Counted from the stretch's first letter, positions 10,028 through 19,972 are shown. The stretch is 64,000 bases of DNA from Candidatus Poribacteria bacterium (GCA_963665845.2 OY762492.1:3648001-3712000), one strand, 5' to 3'. The notes: generated from the letters alone by a model not told the origin. Program-made: numbers and translations.

Positions 10028-11191
10028 ATGAGATTCTTTGCCTTCTCAACGCGCTGGACAGCTCTTGCCGTTGCCGCGTTCTCGCTTCTGCTGTGCGCCT
10101 CCGCGCAGGGAGCCGATTTTAAGCCGCTGGAGGACGCGACGAAACTGGAGCGGCCGACCATCTGTTCCTTCGGCGGAGACGGAATCTACTTCATTGACTG
10201 GGACGGACAAAATAGGCGGCTCTGGATGAAAGGAGACTTCGGACGCGTCATGTGGAGTCGGGACGGCAAGCGCGTCCTCTTCTCCGCCGACACGGAGGAG
10301 TTCGGCTGGTACACAAAATATATCATGGAACTGGAAACTGGGCGCGTGATCAACCTGTCCGAACGCCTGCACAAGAACGGATACGAACATATCGTCATTT
10401 TCAACACGTGGTGGTTTCCGGACGGGAAGCGGCTGTTATGCAGCGCGGTCGATAAAAGCAACGCGGATAAGAGCGATCTTTACGCGTTAGATATCCGAAC
10501 AACAACGTTGAAACAGCTGACGCGGACTCCGATTCGCGAAGAGAACTGGGCTTCGGTGTCCCCAGACGGGAAGAGGATCGTTTTTGAACGTTATCCGCCC
10601 CTTTGGGAAGATCATGAGCCGCTCGGAGAATGGATCGACCGCGACGGCGATGGGAAAAAAGAGACGTTTCAAATGCCTGGCGGACGCACCCATCCCGTCC
10701 ACCTCTATACCATGAACGCAGACGGATCGAATGTTGTCAATCTGACGAAAATTGCCGCGATCGATAGATATCCCGAGTGGTCGCCGGACGGCAAGAAGAT
10801 CGCCTTCGATTCGGTCTACCGTCCGGAGCAGGAGGGGGAGATCGTCGCCGCGGATGTTTATATGATGAATCCTGACGGCTCCAACGTTGAGCGTCTCACA
10901 TCCCGCAAAGACGGACGGCGGGGAGCTGTTGAGGATTGGTCGCCGGACGGCAAATGGATTCTGTTCAGGCTGACGGATCCGGTCAGTATGAGAGCTTCGC
11001 TTCACCGCATTCATATAGAGACGCGGGAGATCGTACGCATCGGGGGATTGGGCGGCCTTCCTACTTGGGTCTGGGCGGGCAAGAGCCGTTTCCTCTCCGT
11101 CAACCCTGCGGGTAAAAAAAAAGCGCCATGGGGAGCGTTGAAAGAAGCGGGCAGCAGCCCGAATAGTCCAACGTCGCAAGACGGCGAATGA
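10028..11191 (+). CDS. Secreted TolB-like (PD40) beta-propeller protein
   Basis: Signal-peptide-like N-terminus, repeated WSPDGK..IAF and YMMNPDGSNVERLT, near-C-terminal SVNPAGKKKAPWGALK. GAAAGGAG RBS. Confidence 0.85.
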   Translation: MRFFAFSTRWTALAVAAFSLLLCASAQGADFKPLEDATKLERPTICSFGGDGIYFIDWDGQNRRLWMKGDFGRVMWSRDGKRVLFSADTEEFGWYTKYIMELETGRVINLSERLHKNGYEHIVIFNTWWFPDGKRLLCSAVDKSNADKSDLYALDIRTTTLKQLTRTPIREENWASVSPDGKRIVFERYPPLWEDHEPLGEWIDRDGDGKKETFQMPGGRTHPVHLYTMNADGSNVVNLTKIAAIDRYPEWSPDGKKIAFDSVYRPEQEGEIVAADVYMMNPDGSNVERLTSRKDGRRGAVEDWSPDGKWILFRLTDPVSMRASLHRIHIETREIVRIGGLGGLPTWVWAGKSRFLSVNPAGKKKAPWGALKEAGSSPNSPTSQDGE

Positions 11192-11208
11192 CGCGCCGGC
11201 GGGAGCAT

Positions 11209-11374
11209 CTGACCTTACCCTTAGAGTTGGGACAATTCTGGTTGTGAACGCAGACGGTTTCGAGGTTGACTCTGGATTCCCGCTTGCGCGGGAATGACGG
11301 CATTGTTGATGACGCTTTTCCCATGAATAGAGCGATCGTCGGTTCAAATGTCCCAACTTTAGGCGTTAGGTCAG
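11209..11374. mobile_element. MITE family A, full copy 2
   Basis: CTGACCTTACCCTTAGAGTTGGGAC ... GTCCCAACTTTAGGCGTTAGGTCAG, flanked by direct repeat GAGCAT. Internal dRS3-like palindrome at 11276-11295. Confidence 0.8.
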
Positions 11375-11477
11375 GAGCATGCCTTCCCTAGATGGACAGT
11401 TTCTGTAATCCTTAAAAACCCGTTTCAGACTGAATCTTCCGCCCTTCTCCAGTTGCCGCTTCTGGATTTCCGCCCGC

Positions 11478-11506
11478 TTGACAAAGACGGCGCGCTTCGG
11501 CATGCT
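11478..11506 (+). promoter_or_regulatory. Putative sigma70 promoter
   Basis: TTGACA-17 bp-CATGCT about 50 bp upstream of ATG 11555. Confidence 0.45.
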
Positions 11507-11554
11507 ATGTGCATGAAAGCAATTTGCAAGCATCCAATGAGGGAGGCGCGATCG

Positions 11555-12301
11555 ATGAAACGAGTTATTTTGGGCGTCCTGGCTGGCGTTCTGGTTCTAG
11601 GGCTTGGCGCGCAGGCGCAGGCGGTCAACAGCGACAACTTCTCCGGAACCGACCTGGACTCCATGTGGCAGGTGATGAACCCCGACAAGGCGGATCTCAC
11701 CGTCGCGGACGGCAAACTGAAATTTGAAGCGAAAAACAACGCGAACGTCTGGGCAAACCTGGACTCCACCTTCGTCTACCAGGAAACGGACGGCGACTTT
11801 GACGTCTCCGCCAATTTCCTGTTCGACTACGGCAACGCGAGCGTCGTCGCGGGGCTTGCCGCCTATTCGCCGACCACCAAAGACCATGCCAACCGCGACG
11901 GGCAGTGGGTCACCTTGAAACTCTGGGGGCGCGTCAACGACGCGATCATCCAGTACCAACGGCGCGAAAACCATGACGGCGGACTCGGCTACCTCGGCGA
12001 AGCGCCGGGCTACAAACCGCCCGCGGGCGCCATACCGGTCGCCATGCGCATGAGCCGAACCGGCAACGAATACCGCGCTTGGTATAAAAACGAGGGCGAA
12101 GGCGACTGGATCTCTGTCGGCGGAACGGTCGACAGCGCGCTGGCGAACCCTGTGCTTATCGGCGTCTACGCCGGTATCGCGGACGCCGCCGGCGGCAACC
12201 TGACCGTCTCGTACGACGACTTTACAGAAGCTTCCAACCCTGTTGCGTCGGTTGATCCGAACGGAAAAGCCGCTGCGGTATGGGGAGAGCTGAAACAGTA
12301 A
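11555..12301 (+). CDS. Secreted concanavalin A-like (DUF1349/beta-xylosidase C-terminal-like) beta-sandwich protein
   Basis: Signal peptide MKRVILGVLAG...AQAQA; GDFDV, AGL, RTGNEY.AWY, IGVYAG pattern; C-terminal SVDPNGKAAAVWGELK. Confidence 0.7.
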   Translation: MKRVILGVLAGVLVLGLGAQAQAVNSDNFSGTDLDSMWQVMNPDKADLTVADGKLKFEAKNNANVWANLDSTFVYQETDGDFDVSANFLFDYGNASVVAGLAAYSPTTKDHANRDGQWVTLKLWGRVNDAIIQYQRRENHDGGLGYLGEAPGYKPPAGAIPVAMRMSRTGNEYRAWYKNEGEGDWISVGGTVDSALANPVLIGVYAGIADAAGGNLTVSYDDFTEASNPVASVDPNGKAAAVWGELKQ

Positions 12302-12444
12302 AGGCGCAATGCGATGAAACGCATCTTTCAAACTGCCGCCCTGCGCAGTCTAGCTGCCTGGGCGGCGGGCGCGCTTGTCTGTTACAATTTCAACGAGCTG
12401 GGCGCGGACGCATTAGATGTGAGCTGAAACGACAGGAGAAAACC

Positions 12445-13215
12445 ATGAACGCTTTTAAAATGTGCGCGGCGGCGGCGCTGCTGTGCTTTGCGGTCGGCGC
12501 GTCCGCGGCGAGCCTCGGCGACCCGTTCGACGCGACCGGCGACACGCTCAACGCTTTTGAAAACTCAAACTGGCAATGGGAAAATGAACCGACCGAGTGG
12601 GACCTCGGCAAAACGAAGCCCGGCTGGCTCCACATCAAAGGAGACGGAAACCGCAACCTGTGGAACGGCTACACCACCTCGCACCTCTACCAGATGCATG
12701 AGGGCGATTTTGACGTTGAGACGCGCATCATCTTGAACTATCAGCCCGCGTCGGTCGTGACGGGGCTGGTCGCCTATTCGCCGACGACCAATGACCTCCA
12801 AGGGCGCGCCGGCGAATGGGTCACGATCAAATACTGGGGGCGCGGCGGCGACGCCATCATCCAGTACCAACGGCGCGAAAACCATGACGCCGGAGCGGGC
12901 TTTGTCGGACATGTGGGCGGATTTCAGGAATTCCCCAACAAGGACGCGGAGCTGTACCTGCGCTTTGAGCGTCTCGGCGACGCCTTCACGGCATGGTATA
13001 AACAGACAGACGAGGCGAACTGGATCAAAATCAGCACGGCGACGCAGAAGCTGAACGACCCGCTGCGCTTCGGCATCTACGCCGGCGTCGCGGACGCGGC
13101 GGGCGAAATGGTCGCGCAGTACGATTATCTGATCGACCGGCTGAACCCGTTCAGCGTCTCGCCCGAAGGGAATCTTCCGCTCACATGGGCTAACCTGAAA
13201 CAGCCCGCCGACTAA
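12445..13215 (+). CDS. Secreted concanavalin A-like protein, paralog of 11555-12301
   Basis: AGGAG RBS, signal peptide, shares AYSPTT and DAIIQYQRRENHD with the upstream gene; C-terminal SVSPEGNLPLTWANLK. Confidence 0.7.
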   Translation: MNAFKMCAAAALLCFAVGASAASLGDPFDATGDTLNAFENSNWQWENEPTEWDLGKTKPGWLHIKGDGNRNLWNGYTTSHLYQMHEGDFDVETRIILNYQPASVVTGLVAYSPTTNDLQGRAGEWVTIKYWGRGGDAIIQYQRRENHDAGAGFVGHVGGFQEFPNKDAELYLRFERLGDAFTAWYKQTDEANWIKISTATQKLNDPLRFGIYAGVADAAGEMVAQYDYLIDRLNPFSVSPEGNLPLTWANLKQPAD

Positions 13216-13223
13216 ACGCTTAC

Positions 13224-13252
13224 CCCGGCCCGCCGCGCGCGGGCCGGGCTTT
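13224..13252 (+). terminator. Putative intrinsic terminator
   Basis: CCCGGCCCGC-loop-GCGGGCCGGG hairpin followed by CTTT just after the stop at 13215. Confidence 0.5.
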
Positions 13253-13314
13253 CAAAGGAACGCCATGCGGCGCTGTATGCCGTCTTTTTTATATTCGGAC
13301 GCCTTGGACGCTTC

Positions 13315-14208
13315 ATGCAAACCGCCGCGAGTTTGATTGGTCTGCTCGGCATCGTCTTTTCGGCGGTACTGCCGATCATCGTATGGCGGCGCCCGCCGAT
13401 GTACCGATGGGTCTGCCCGTCATGCAAATACGACCGGAACCTGCTTGGGCGCCTTCAATGCGAAGGATGCGAGCGGCGCATGCTGGAAAGCGACCAGCGG
13501 GAACATCTTCGGGCGCGCTGGAGGGCGCGCGACCTGCTGGCGATCTACTGCGTCTCGCTTGCCGCGTCGATGGCGGGAGCGCTGCTGATCCTGGGAGCGC
13601 TCAACAAACTCCCGCCCGAAAACGCCCCGCCCGCCGAAATCGTCCGCTTCTTTATGCGCCCGGAGCCGATCTGGACAACCTTTGCGTTTTCAAACGCAAG
13701 CCTGCTGCTGTTCGCCGTGACGGTCGCCGGGTCGCGGTTCCGATGGTCGATACGCGACCTCGGCTTATGCATCCAGGGGCAGGTTCGGTCGGCGTTCATC
13801 GGGGCGGCGGCGGGCGCGGTTCTTTTTTTACTCTCGATGCTGTTTTCGATGGCGGTCGGTTATGAAGGGGACGACATTTTTCCGTTCGAACTGAAAGACC
13901 CGCTCTGGACGTTGATCGTCCTAAATCTTGTAGCGCTGACGCCGCTGACAGGCGAGCTGTTTTTTCGGGGGATGCTCTACCGAATGCTGCGCCGGCGACG
14001 ATCCATCGGCGCGGCGGCGTTCATCAGCGCGGCGCTCTACTCGATCGTTCTGGGAGCGCCGGCGCTGTTCACCTTCGCCGCGCTCGGAATACTGAACGCG
14101 GCGCTGTTTGAACGGTACAAGTCGCTCACGCCGGGGACAGCCGCCGCCGCCATGTTCGGCGCGTGTCTCATCGCGCTGTCGGCGGCGTCAGGGATACAGC
14201 TCATATGA
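13315..14208 (+). CDS. CPBP (Abi/CAAX protease)-like membrane protein with N-terminal zinc finger
   Basis: Multiple hydrophobic helices, PLTGELFFRG motif, N-terminal WVCPSC...N...CEGC. Confidence 0.75.
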   Translation: MQTAASLIGLLGIVFSAVLPIIVWRRPPMYRWVCPSCKYDRNLLGRLQCEGCERRMLESDQREHLRARWRARDLLAIYCVSLAASMAGALLILGALNKLPPENAPPAEIVRFFMRPEPIWTTFAFSNASLLLFAVTVAGSRFRWSIRDLGLCIQGQVRSAFIGAAAGAVLFLLSMLFSMAVGYEGDDIFPFELKDPLWTLIVLNLVALTPLTGELFFRGMLYRMLRRRRSIGAAAFISAALYSIVLGAPALFTFAALGILNAALFERYKSLTPGTAAAAMFGACLIALSAASGIQLI

Positions 14209-14990
14209 TCGATCTGCGTTCGCAAGCGGCGCTGGACGTGGAGCCGATACCTTACAACCGCTTCGCGCGCGCCTACGATGATATGATGAGCCATGTCGAC
14301 TATCAGCGCTGGACAGAGTATGTCCTGCGCCTGTTTGAGCTGTACCGCGCCCAACCGCGCCGCGTCCTAGACATCGGCTGCGGAACGGGAGAGATCGCGC
14401 TGCCGCTCGCCGCCCGCGGATACGAGATGATCGGCATCGACCGAGCGCCGGGAATGCTGGCGGAAGCGCGCCGAAAAGCAAACCGAGCGCAGCTGTCGGT
14501 CGAGTGGATACAGGCGGACATGCGCGACTTTCAGATCGACGAACCATGCGGCGCCGCGCTCTGCCTCTACGACAGCATCAATTACATGCTGAACCGAGAG
14601 GAACTGCGCCAAGCGTTTGAACAGACGCGCGAGGCGCTGCTGCCGGGCGGGCTGTTTATCTTCGACATCATCAGCGAAAAAAACATTGTGGCGCATTTTG
14701 ACCGCAAAACGTTCTCCGAAAACCGACCCGACTACACCTTCATATGGAAAAACCGGTACTCCAAACTGGAGAAACTGTGCCGCACCGAGCTGACCTTTTT
14801 TTACCGCGCCGGCGACCATTTTGAGCGGTATGTGGAAACGCACACGCAGAGGATCTTTGAGGTGAAAGAGGCGAAGGAGACGCTCAAAGAGGCGGGGTTT
14901 CAGTTTTTGAGCGCGTTCAACGCATGGACGACGCAGAAATATGACTGGCGATCCGACAGGATCAATATCACGGCGCGGAAGCCGTTTTAA
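14205..14990 (+). CDS. Class I SAM-dependent methyltransferase
   Basis: VLDIGCGTG, QADMRDF, DSINY, LLPGGLFIFD. ATGA overlap with the previous gene. Confidence 0.92.
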   Translation: MIDLRSQAALDVEPIPYNRFARAYDDMMSHVDYQRWTEYVLRLFELYRAQPRRVLDIGCGTGEIALPLAARGYEMIGIDRAPGMLAEARRKANRAQLSVEWIQADMRDFQIDEPCGAALCLYDSINYMLNREELRQAFEQTREALLPGGLFIFDIISEKNIVAHFDRKTFSENRPDYTFIWKNRYSKLEKLCRTELTFFYRAGDHFERYVETHTQRIFEVKEAKETLKEAGFQFLSAFNAWTTQKYDWRSDRINITARKPF

Positions 14991-15010
14991 AACGTTCTCG
15001 ATAGCGTCGG

Positions 15011-18000
15011 TTATTCTATCGGCGGGAGGGCGTCGATGATGCGGGCGGACTCGACGCTCACATGGACGGCGCGCTTGATCGCCGACACGAGAGCCGTCGG
15101 ATCGTCCGCGAACCAAGCGTTCGCGTCGTTCACGATGCCGCTTAGCTTGTCCTTCTTCACCTGATAACGGTCGATGAGCCACTCCAACGGCGACCGCCCG
15201 TTCACCACATACCGATGCGCATCCGCAGGTATGCCGGACAGCGTCAGGCGGCTGTTCACAACCAACGACTCTTTCGCCGCCTTGTCCGCAAACTTCATCT
15301 TCTTATCGATAATGCAGTCGCCCGCATGAAGACCGCCCGTATCGGACAAGTCGCGCCGAGACAAATGCGCCGTCAACGGAAACTCATCGCAGGTCTCATA
15401 CCCAAGATGCAGCTCCGCCAGCTCCCGACCCGCCGACGCAAACGCATGAAAGCCTGTCCCCGACCCCGATCGGGGATCGGGCGCCATCGGAACGCGCGGC
15501 AGCTCTTTGGAAAGATCGTTGGCGAAACGCTCCCGGTATTCAGGCGAATGCAACACGCCGTACACATAATAGAAAATGTCGTCCTTCGTTACGGACGACA
15601 CGCCCCCGCCGTAGCGCGACCGAAACGCAAACAAGGCGGAATCGCTGATGTTGTCGATACGCTCCGTACGCATGCCCCGGATGCCGCCCTCCGGCTCCTC
15701 GTAGCGCCAGCGGGGGAAGCATTGCGCATCGCCGACATAATGAAGATCTGGCAATGTGTCCGTCATGAGCAGAGAAAACGAGGCTTTACCGCCGCGGGCG
15801 GGAACGCAAATGACGCGGTTTTCGCTTTCGGTGTCTGGAAATATCCTGTCTTGCTGGGCTTTTGAGGCAATAAGCACATAATTAGCATAGCAGTTGGTTG
15901 CTACAAAAGGTCGGTATGCAACATTTTGGATGTGGCCCACATTAAACCGCGCGCTCTTTTTTCGCCTAAGGCTGTCTTTTAGTTGGTGATCCCATTTGAT
16001 ACGAGATCGATGTTTCAGCGTTACAGCGTTAACATCGTTGACGCTCGGCTTCTCAATAGGGGCTATTTCATCTAGCGCGGCTAAATAGCTTTCTGTCATC
16101 AAGCGGGCGTTCTCGGCGCATGTCTCCTTTGAAAAATTGTACATGTAGGCGTCTTTTTTTGTGATAATTCCTAGCGAGTAAAGCTGGAAAATCGCGTCGT
16201 CTGCTCTGCCATATTTCGTATCTCTTGTCCCGATAGGGTACATCTTTTGAAACGCTTCGCTGCGCTGATTGACCCATTCATGAAAGCGGTTCGGCTGGAT
16301 GTCGCGCCAGTCGTCAATGCCGTTGATCGATCTTATTTCGTTTAAATTTTCCCGCTTTTCGACTGTCGTTAAATAGTCGTCCAGAGCGGAATAGCGGATG
16401 CGACAGCCGTCATGCTTAGCGTCCGGATTCTTCACGAGCAGCGTAATCGCCGGACCTGTAAGGATTGATCCAAAAATGTTCCCGCCCTCTTTTTTCAGAC
16501 GCTCTCCTGAAGTGCGCAGATCGCCTCTTAGGTTCAAGACGTAGACGGAGCTGAACTCATCCGCGAAGCATGACCGTATTCCCGTATCGGCATTTCCTTC
16601 GATCCATGTACCGCTTGTAACAAACGCGGCGACACCGCGCTTCTGGATTCTGTCGGACGCCCATCGAATCGCCATCTTATAAGAATCATATAGCGGCTTT
16701 TTATTGCTCGCTGTGGATTGAGCAACATATGTCTCTTCAATGCGCTTTGTCATTACGGGATAAAACAGGTTCGGATTATTTTCCGCCGCATTTTTTTGTC
16801 CTGCCGACCATGGCGGATTCCCGACGATGACGTCAATCTCTTTATCTTTCAGGTTGTCGATCCGCTCTTTGTTTTCCGCCATCCAAAAATCGACGGCGCC
16901 CAGCTGTAGATTCGCTTCGTCGGTTTGCGGCGCGTCTTCGTTTTCGTTCGGTTTGATATTGAAGGTGTCGGTGAGCGCGATGCCTTTGAACGGCGCATAC
17001 TCGGCGCCTTCGTCCAGGCGTCCGCGGTACGCCTCCTCGATGTTGACGGCGGCGATATAGTAGGCGAGCAGCAGGATCTCGTTGGCGTACAGCTCCTGTT
17101 GGAACTTGCGCTCTAGGTCTTCGCCGCGTATCAGTTTCGATTGGAGCAGCCTTGCCAGGAACAGCCCCGCCCCTGCGAACGGGTCCAGTATATGGACGCC
17201 CTCATCGCTGATGGTGCGTCCGAACTCGCTGCGCAGGATGTCGTCGGCGCTGTGGAGTATGAAGTCGATGATTTCGACCGGCGTATAGACGATGCCGAGC
17301 CTGTCGGCGTCTTTTTTGAAGGCGATCTGAAAAAATTTCTCGTAAAGTTCTTTGAGGACGGTCTGGCGCCCTTCGCTGTTGTCGAGGCCTCGGATGCGGT
17401 TCTGGACGCTTTCATAGAATCGCGCTAGGCTTTTCGTTTCGTCTTCGAGTCCGTAGTCGCTGAAATCGCTGCGGAGCGATTCGAGCGCTTTGGCGACCGG
17501 GTTTCGGTTGGCGAAGTCGTATCCTTCAAAGATCGCCTCGAATACGGGTTTCATGACGATATGCTGGGCGAGCATATCGCGCGCGTTTTCTTCAGTGATG
17601 GAGTCGTTGATGGAGCTGCGCAGTTCGTTATGGAATTCGCTGAACCATTCTTTTAGTTCGGCGGCTCCCCCCGATCGGGTCGGGGGCAGGCCTGGGCTCA
17701 ACATGCCTTCGATGCGCTCTGTGGTGCGCTTGAAAATTTCGGCGACGTCGGACGCCCATTTTTCCCAGTATTTTCGGTCGCCGCATTTTTCAACGATCTT
17801 GGCGTAGATGGCTCCCGGCGGCACGTTGAAAGTTTTAAACAGCTGCCCTTGCCCTTGATCATCCGGATCATCCTCGCCGTATCCCTCTCCGCGTTCTCGG
17901 AGGAAGTTCGGATCGGGCGGGGTGACGATCCGCTTCGGCTTCTGCTTGTTCAGGTCGATCTGATTGATTTCGGCGTCCAGCCGTTCGTCATGCGCGCGCA

Positions 18001-19900
18001 GCGCCTGCAGGACATCCCATACCGGTTTAAACCGTTCGTTGTCGTCTAAGATTTGGGCGCCGTCCGCCTCCGCCGGACATGCGACGGGTAGGATGATATA
18101 CCCGTCCTGTTTGCCTTCAAACTTGCGCATGACGCGCCCGACCGCCTGAACGATGTCGATGATGGACCGCTTCGGCTCGATAAAGATGACCGCGTCCAGG
18201 GCGGGGACATCCACCCCTTCCGACAGGCAGCGCGCGTTCGACAGGATTCGGCAGTCGGCGTTGTCGCGTTTGCTTTTGTCTTCGCCGCGTTTGAGCCATT
18301 CGATGAGCGTTTTGCGTTTGAGCGCGTCATCTTTTCCGTCCACATGCTCCGTCGCGCATTCATAGCCGCTTGGGAGCGGGTCGCTTTCTTGCTCTTGCTG
18401 TTCTTGCTCCAGTTCGATGGCGCGTTCCACGACCGGCATGAAGTTGTCTCGAAACGCCTCGGAGTTTTTGATCAGCCTTGTGAAGACGATGGCGCGGCTG
18501 AGCCGTTTTTCTTGTCCAGGTTCGTCATGTTCAGGGTTATGCAGCGCTTTCCAGCATCCGACGATCTTGGTTGCGTCGGTGATGCTGACGGCTCCGCGTT
18601 CGCCTTCCGCTTCTAGAAACGGCTCGTCCGTTTCGGCGCCTTCCGACACGGCGAAGATGACCACCTTATAGTCGGACAGCAGGTTCATGTTGACCGCTTT
18701 TGAAAAGGAGAGGCGGTGAAATTCGGGTCCATAGACGGTCTCATCGTCCATCGAGTAGATGCCGATGTCATGTTCTCTGGCTCTTGTTTGCGCCGCTTCC
18801 GTATAGAGTCGGGGCGTCGCGGTCATATAGAGCCGTTTGCGGGCTTGTATCCGTTCGTTGTCATGGACAAGGTTAAAATGGGAGATTTTTTCGGGATCGC
18901 GCTCAACGCCGGTGGTGCGGTGCGCTTCGTCGCATAGGATCAGGTCGAATTCTGGGGCGCCGTTCTCTTGCGCCTTTGCGATGATCTCCAGCGAATGGTA
19001 GGTGCTGAAGACGACCGTCATTTTCCCGCCGTCTGTTTTTTGGAGCTCGGCGCTGATCTTCGCCTCGTCTGTTGTGACCGGGATTTCCAGCTCATGCAAT
19101 TGCGATTCCGCTTCATCGTATCCCGCTTTTCGGTCGGAGCAGACGCCGATATATCGGTGTTTCAGTTCCCTCTGCTCCGCCCATTCGCGCATCGATTGTC
19201 CGAGCAGGGCGATGGACGGGACGAGGTACAGGACGCGCCCGCCTTTGCCGGCAAGCTGTTCCGATTCGGCGATGCGCAGGGCGTTGAAGGTTTTGCCGGT
19301 TCCGCATGCCATGATCATTTTGCCGCGGTCATGCGTTTCAAAACCTTTCAGGACATTGTCCATCGCTTCTTGTTGATGCGGGCGCAGATCGTACGGTTTC
19401 CGCCGCGCCAGCTCCTCTGGGTTCATTCGGGCGAGGTCGGGCCAATCGACGGCGCTGCGTTCTAGGTCGGGTTGAAAAATGCGCTGGACAGGCGGGTTCT
19501 GATTTTTGAGGAGCCGTTCCGCGTTCGGTCCGAAGCCGGCGGCGGTGGAGACGAAGATTCTGGAGACATACTTTGTTTTGCTGGAGACGGCGATGAACGA
19601 TTCCAGATGGTTCATATAGATGCGCGTGTCGGCGTCGTAGCATTTGCATTGGATGGCGCAATACCCGCTTCCGTCCGCTTCTTCGGCGACCAGGTCGATT
19701 CCGATGTCGGTTCCGTCTTCGTCGTCCTGTTCGAGCGTCCATTCATGGTAGGTTTGAACGTTGGCGAACCGCTGCTGGTAGTAGCGGTCTTTTTGGAAAT
19801 ACGCCTTCATGAGCCGCTCAAAGAGGCCGCCTTTGCCGCGTTCGCTGTCCGCTTTGGCGCGTATGAAATCGAGCGCCGCTTGGAAGCTGTTGTCTGCCAT
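15011..19900 (-). CDS. Type ISP restriction-modification enzyme (Mrr-like nuclease, SF2 helicase, N6-adenine MTase, TRD; LlaBIII/LlaGI-like)
   Basis: DIGIDLVA...AIQCK nuclease; MACGTGKT, DEAH, MTATP, LSEGVDVP, QAVGRVMR helicase motifs; LGIVYTP, DPFAGAG and GNPPW MTase motifs; C-terminal VNGRSPLEWLIDRY. Alternative start at 19924. Confidence 0.93.
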   Translation of the reverse strand: MADNSFQAALDFIRAKADSERGKGGLFERLMKAYFQKDRYYQQRFANVQTYHEWTLEQDDEDGTDIGIDLVAEEADGSGYCAIQCKCYDADTRIYMNHLESFIAVSSKTKYVSRIFVSTAAGFGPNAERLLKNQNPPVQRIFQPDLERSAVDWPDLARMNPEELARRKPYDLRPHQQEAMDNVLKGFETHDRGKMIMACGTGKTFNALRIAESEQLAGKGGRVLYLVPSIALLGQSMREWAEQRELKHRYIGVCSDRKAGYDEAESQLHELEIPVTTDEAKISAELQKTDGGKMTVVFSTYHSLEIIAKAQENGAPEFDLILCDEAHRTTGVERDPEKISHFNLVHDNERIQARKRLYMTATPRLYTEAAQTRAREHDIGIYSMDDETVYGPEFHRLSFSKAVNMNLLSDYKVVIFAVSEGAETDEPFLEAEGERGAVSITDATKIVGCWKALHNPEHDEPGQEKRLSRAIVFTRLIKNSEAFRDNFMPVVERAIELEQEQQEQESDPLPSGYECATEHVDGKDDALKRKTLIEWLKRGEDKSKRDNADCRILSNARCLSEGVDVPALDAVIFIEPKRSIIDIVQAVGRVMRKFEGKQDGYIILPVACPAEADGAQILDDNERFKPVWDVLQALRAHDERLDAEINQIDLNKQKPKRIVTPPDPNFLRERGEGYGEDDPDDQGQGQLFKTFNVPPGAIYAKIVEKCGDRKYWEKWASDVAEIFKRTTERIEGMLSPGLPPTRSGGAAELKEWFSEFHNELRSSINDSITEENARDMLAQHIVMKPVFEAIFEGYDFANRNPVAKALESLRSDFSDYGLEDETKSLARFYESVQNRIRGLDNSEGRQTVLKELYEKFFQIAFKKDADRLGIVYTPVEIIDFILHSADDILRSEFGRTISDEGVHILDPFAGAGLFLARLLQSKLIRGEDLERKFQQELYANEILLLAYYIAAVNIEEAYRGRLDEGAEYAPFKGIALTDTFNIKPNENEDAPQTDEANLQLGAVDFWMAENKERIDNLKDKEIDVIVGNPPWSAGQKNAAENNPNLFYPVMTKRIEETYVAQSTASNKKPLYDSYKMAIRWASDRIQKRGVAAFVTSGTWIEGNADTGIRSCFADEFSSVYVLNLRGDLRTSGERLKKEGGNIFGSILTGPAITLLVKNPDAKHDGCRIRYSALDDYLTTVEKRENLNEIRSINGIDDWRDIQPNRFHEWVNQRSEAFQKMYPIGTRDTKYGRADDAIFQLYSLGIITKKDAYMYNFSKETCAENARLMTESYLAALDEIAPIEKPSVNDVNAVTLKHRSRIKWDHQLKDSLRRKKSARFNVGHIQNVAYRPFVATNCYANYVLIASKAQQDRIFPDTESENRVICVPARGGKASFSLLMTDTLPDLHYVGDAQCFPRWRYEEPEGGIRGMRTERIDNISDSALFAFRSRYGGGVSSVTKDDIFYYVYGVLHSPEYRERFANDLSKELPRVPMAPDPRSGSGTGFHAFASAGRELAELHLGYETCDEFPLTAHLSRRDLSDTGGLHAGDCIIDKKMKFADKAAKESLVVNSRLTLSGIPADAHRYVVNGRSPLEWLIDRYQVKKDKLSGIVNDANAWFADDPTALVSAIKRAVHVSVESARIIDALPPIE

Positions 19901-19972
19901 TCTGCTCTCCGCCTTTATGCGCATGGGTTATGTTAGCGCTTTGGGCGGATATGTCAAGCGGCGGCTTCCTAG

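Noticed and set aside
15325-15365. Possible third in-frame insert in the Type ISP gene (LSRRDLSDTGG)
   Set aside because: It does not match the 22-24 bp unit and lies in a region I expect to be variable; it cannot be supported without an alignment.
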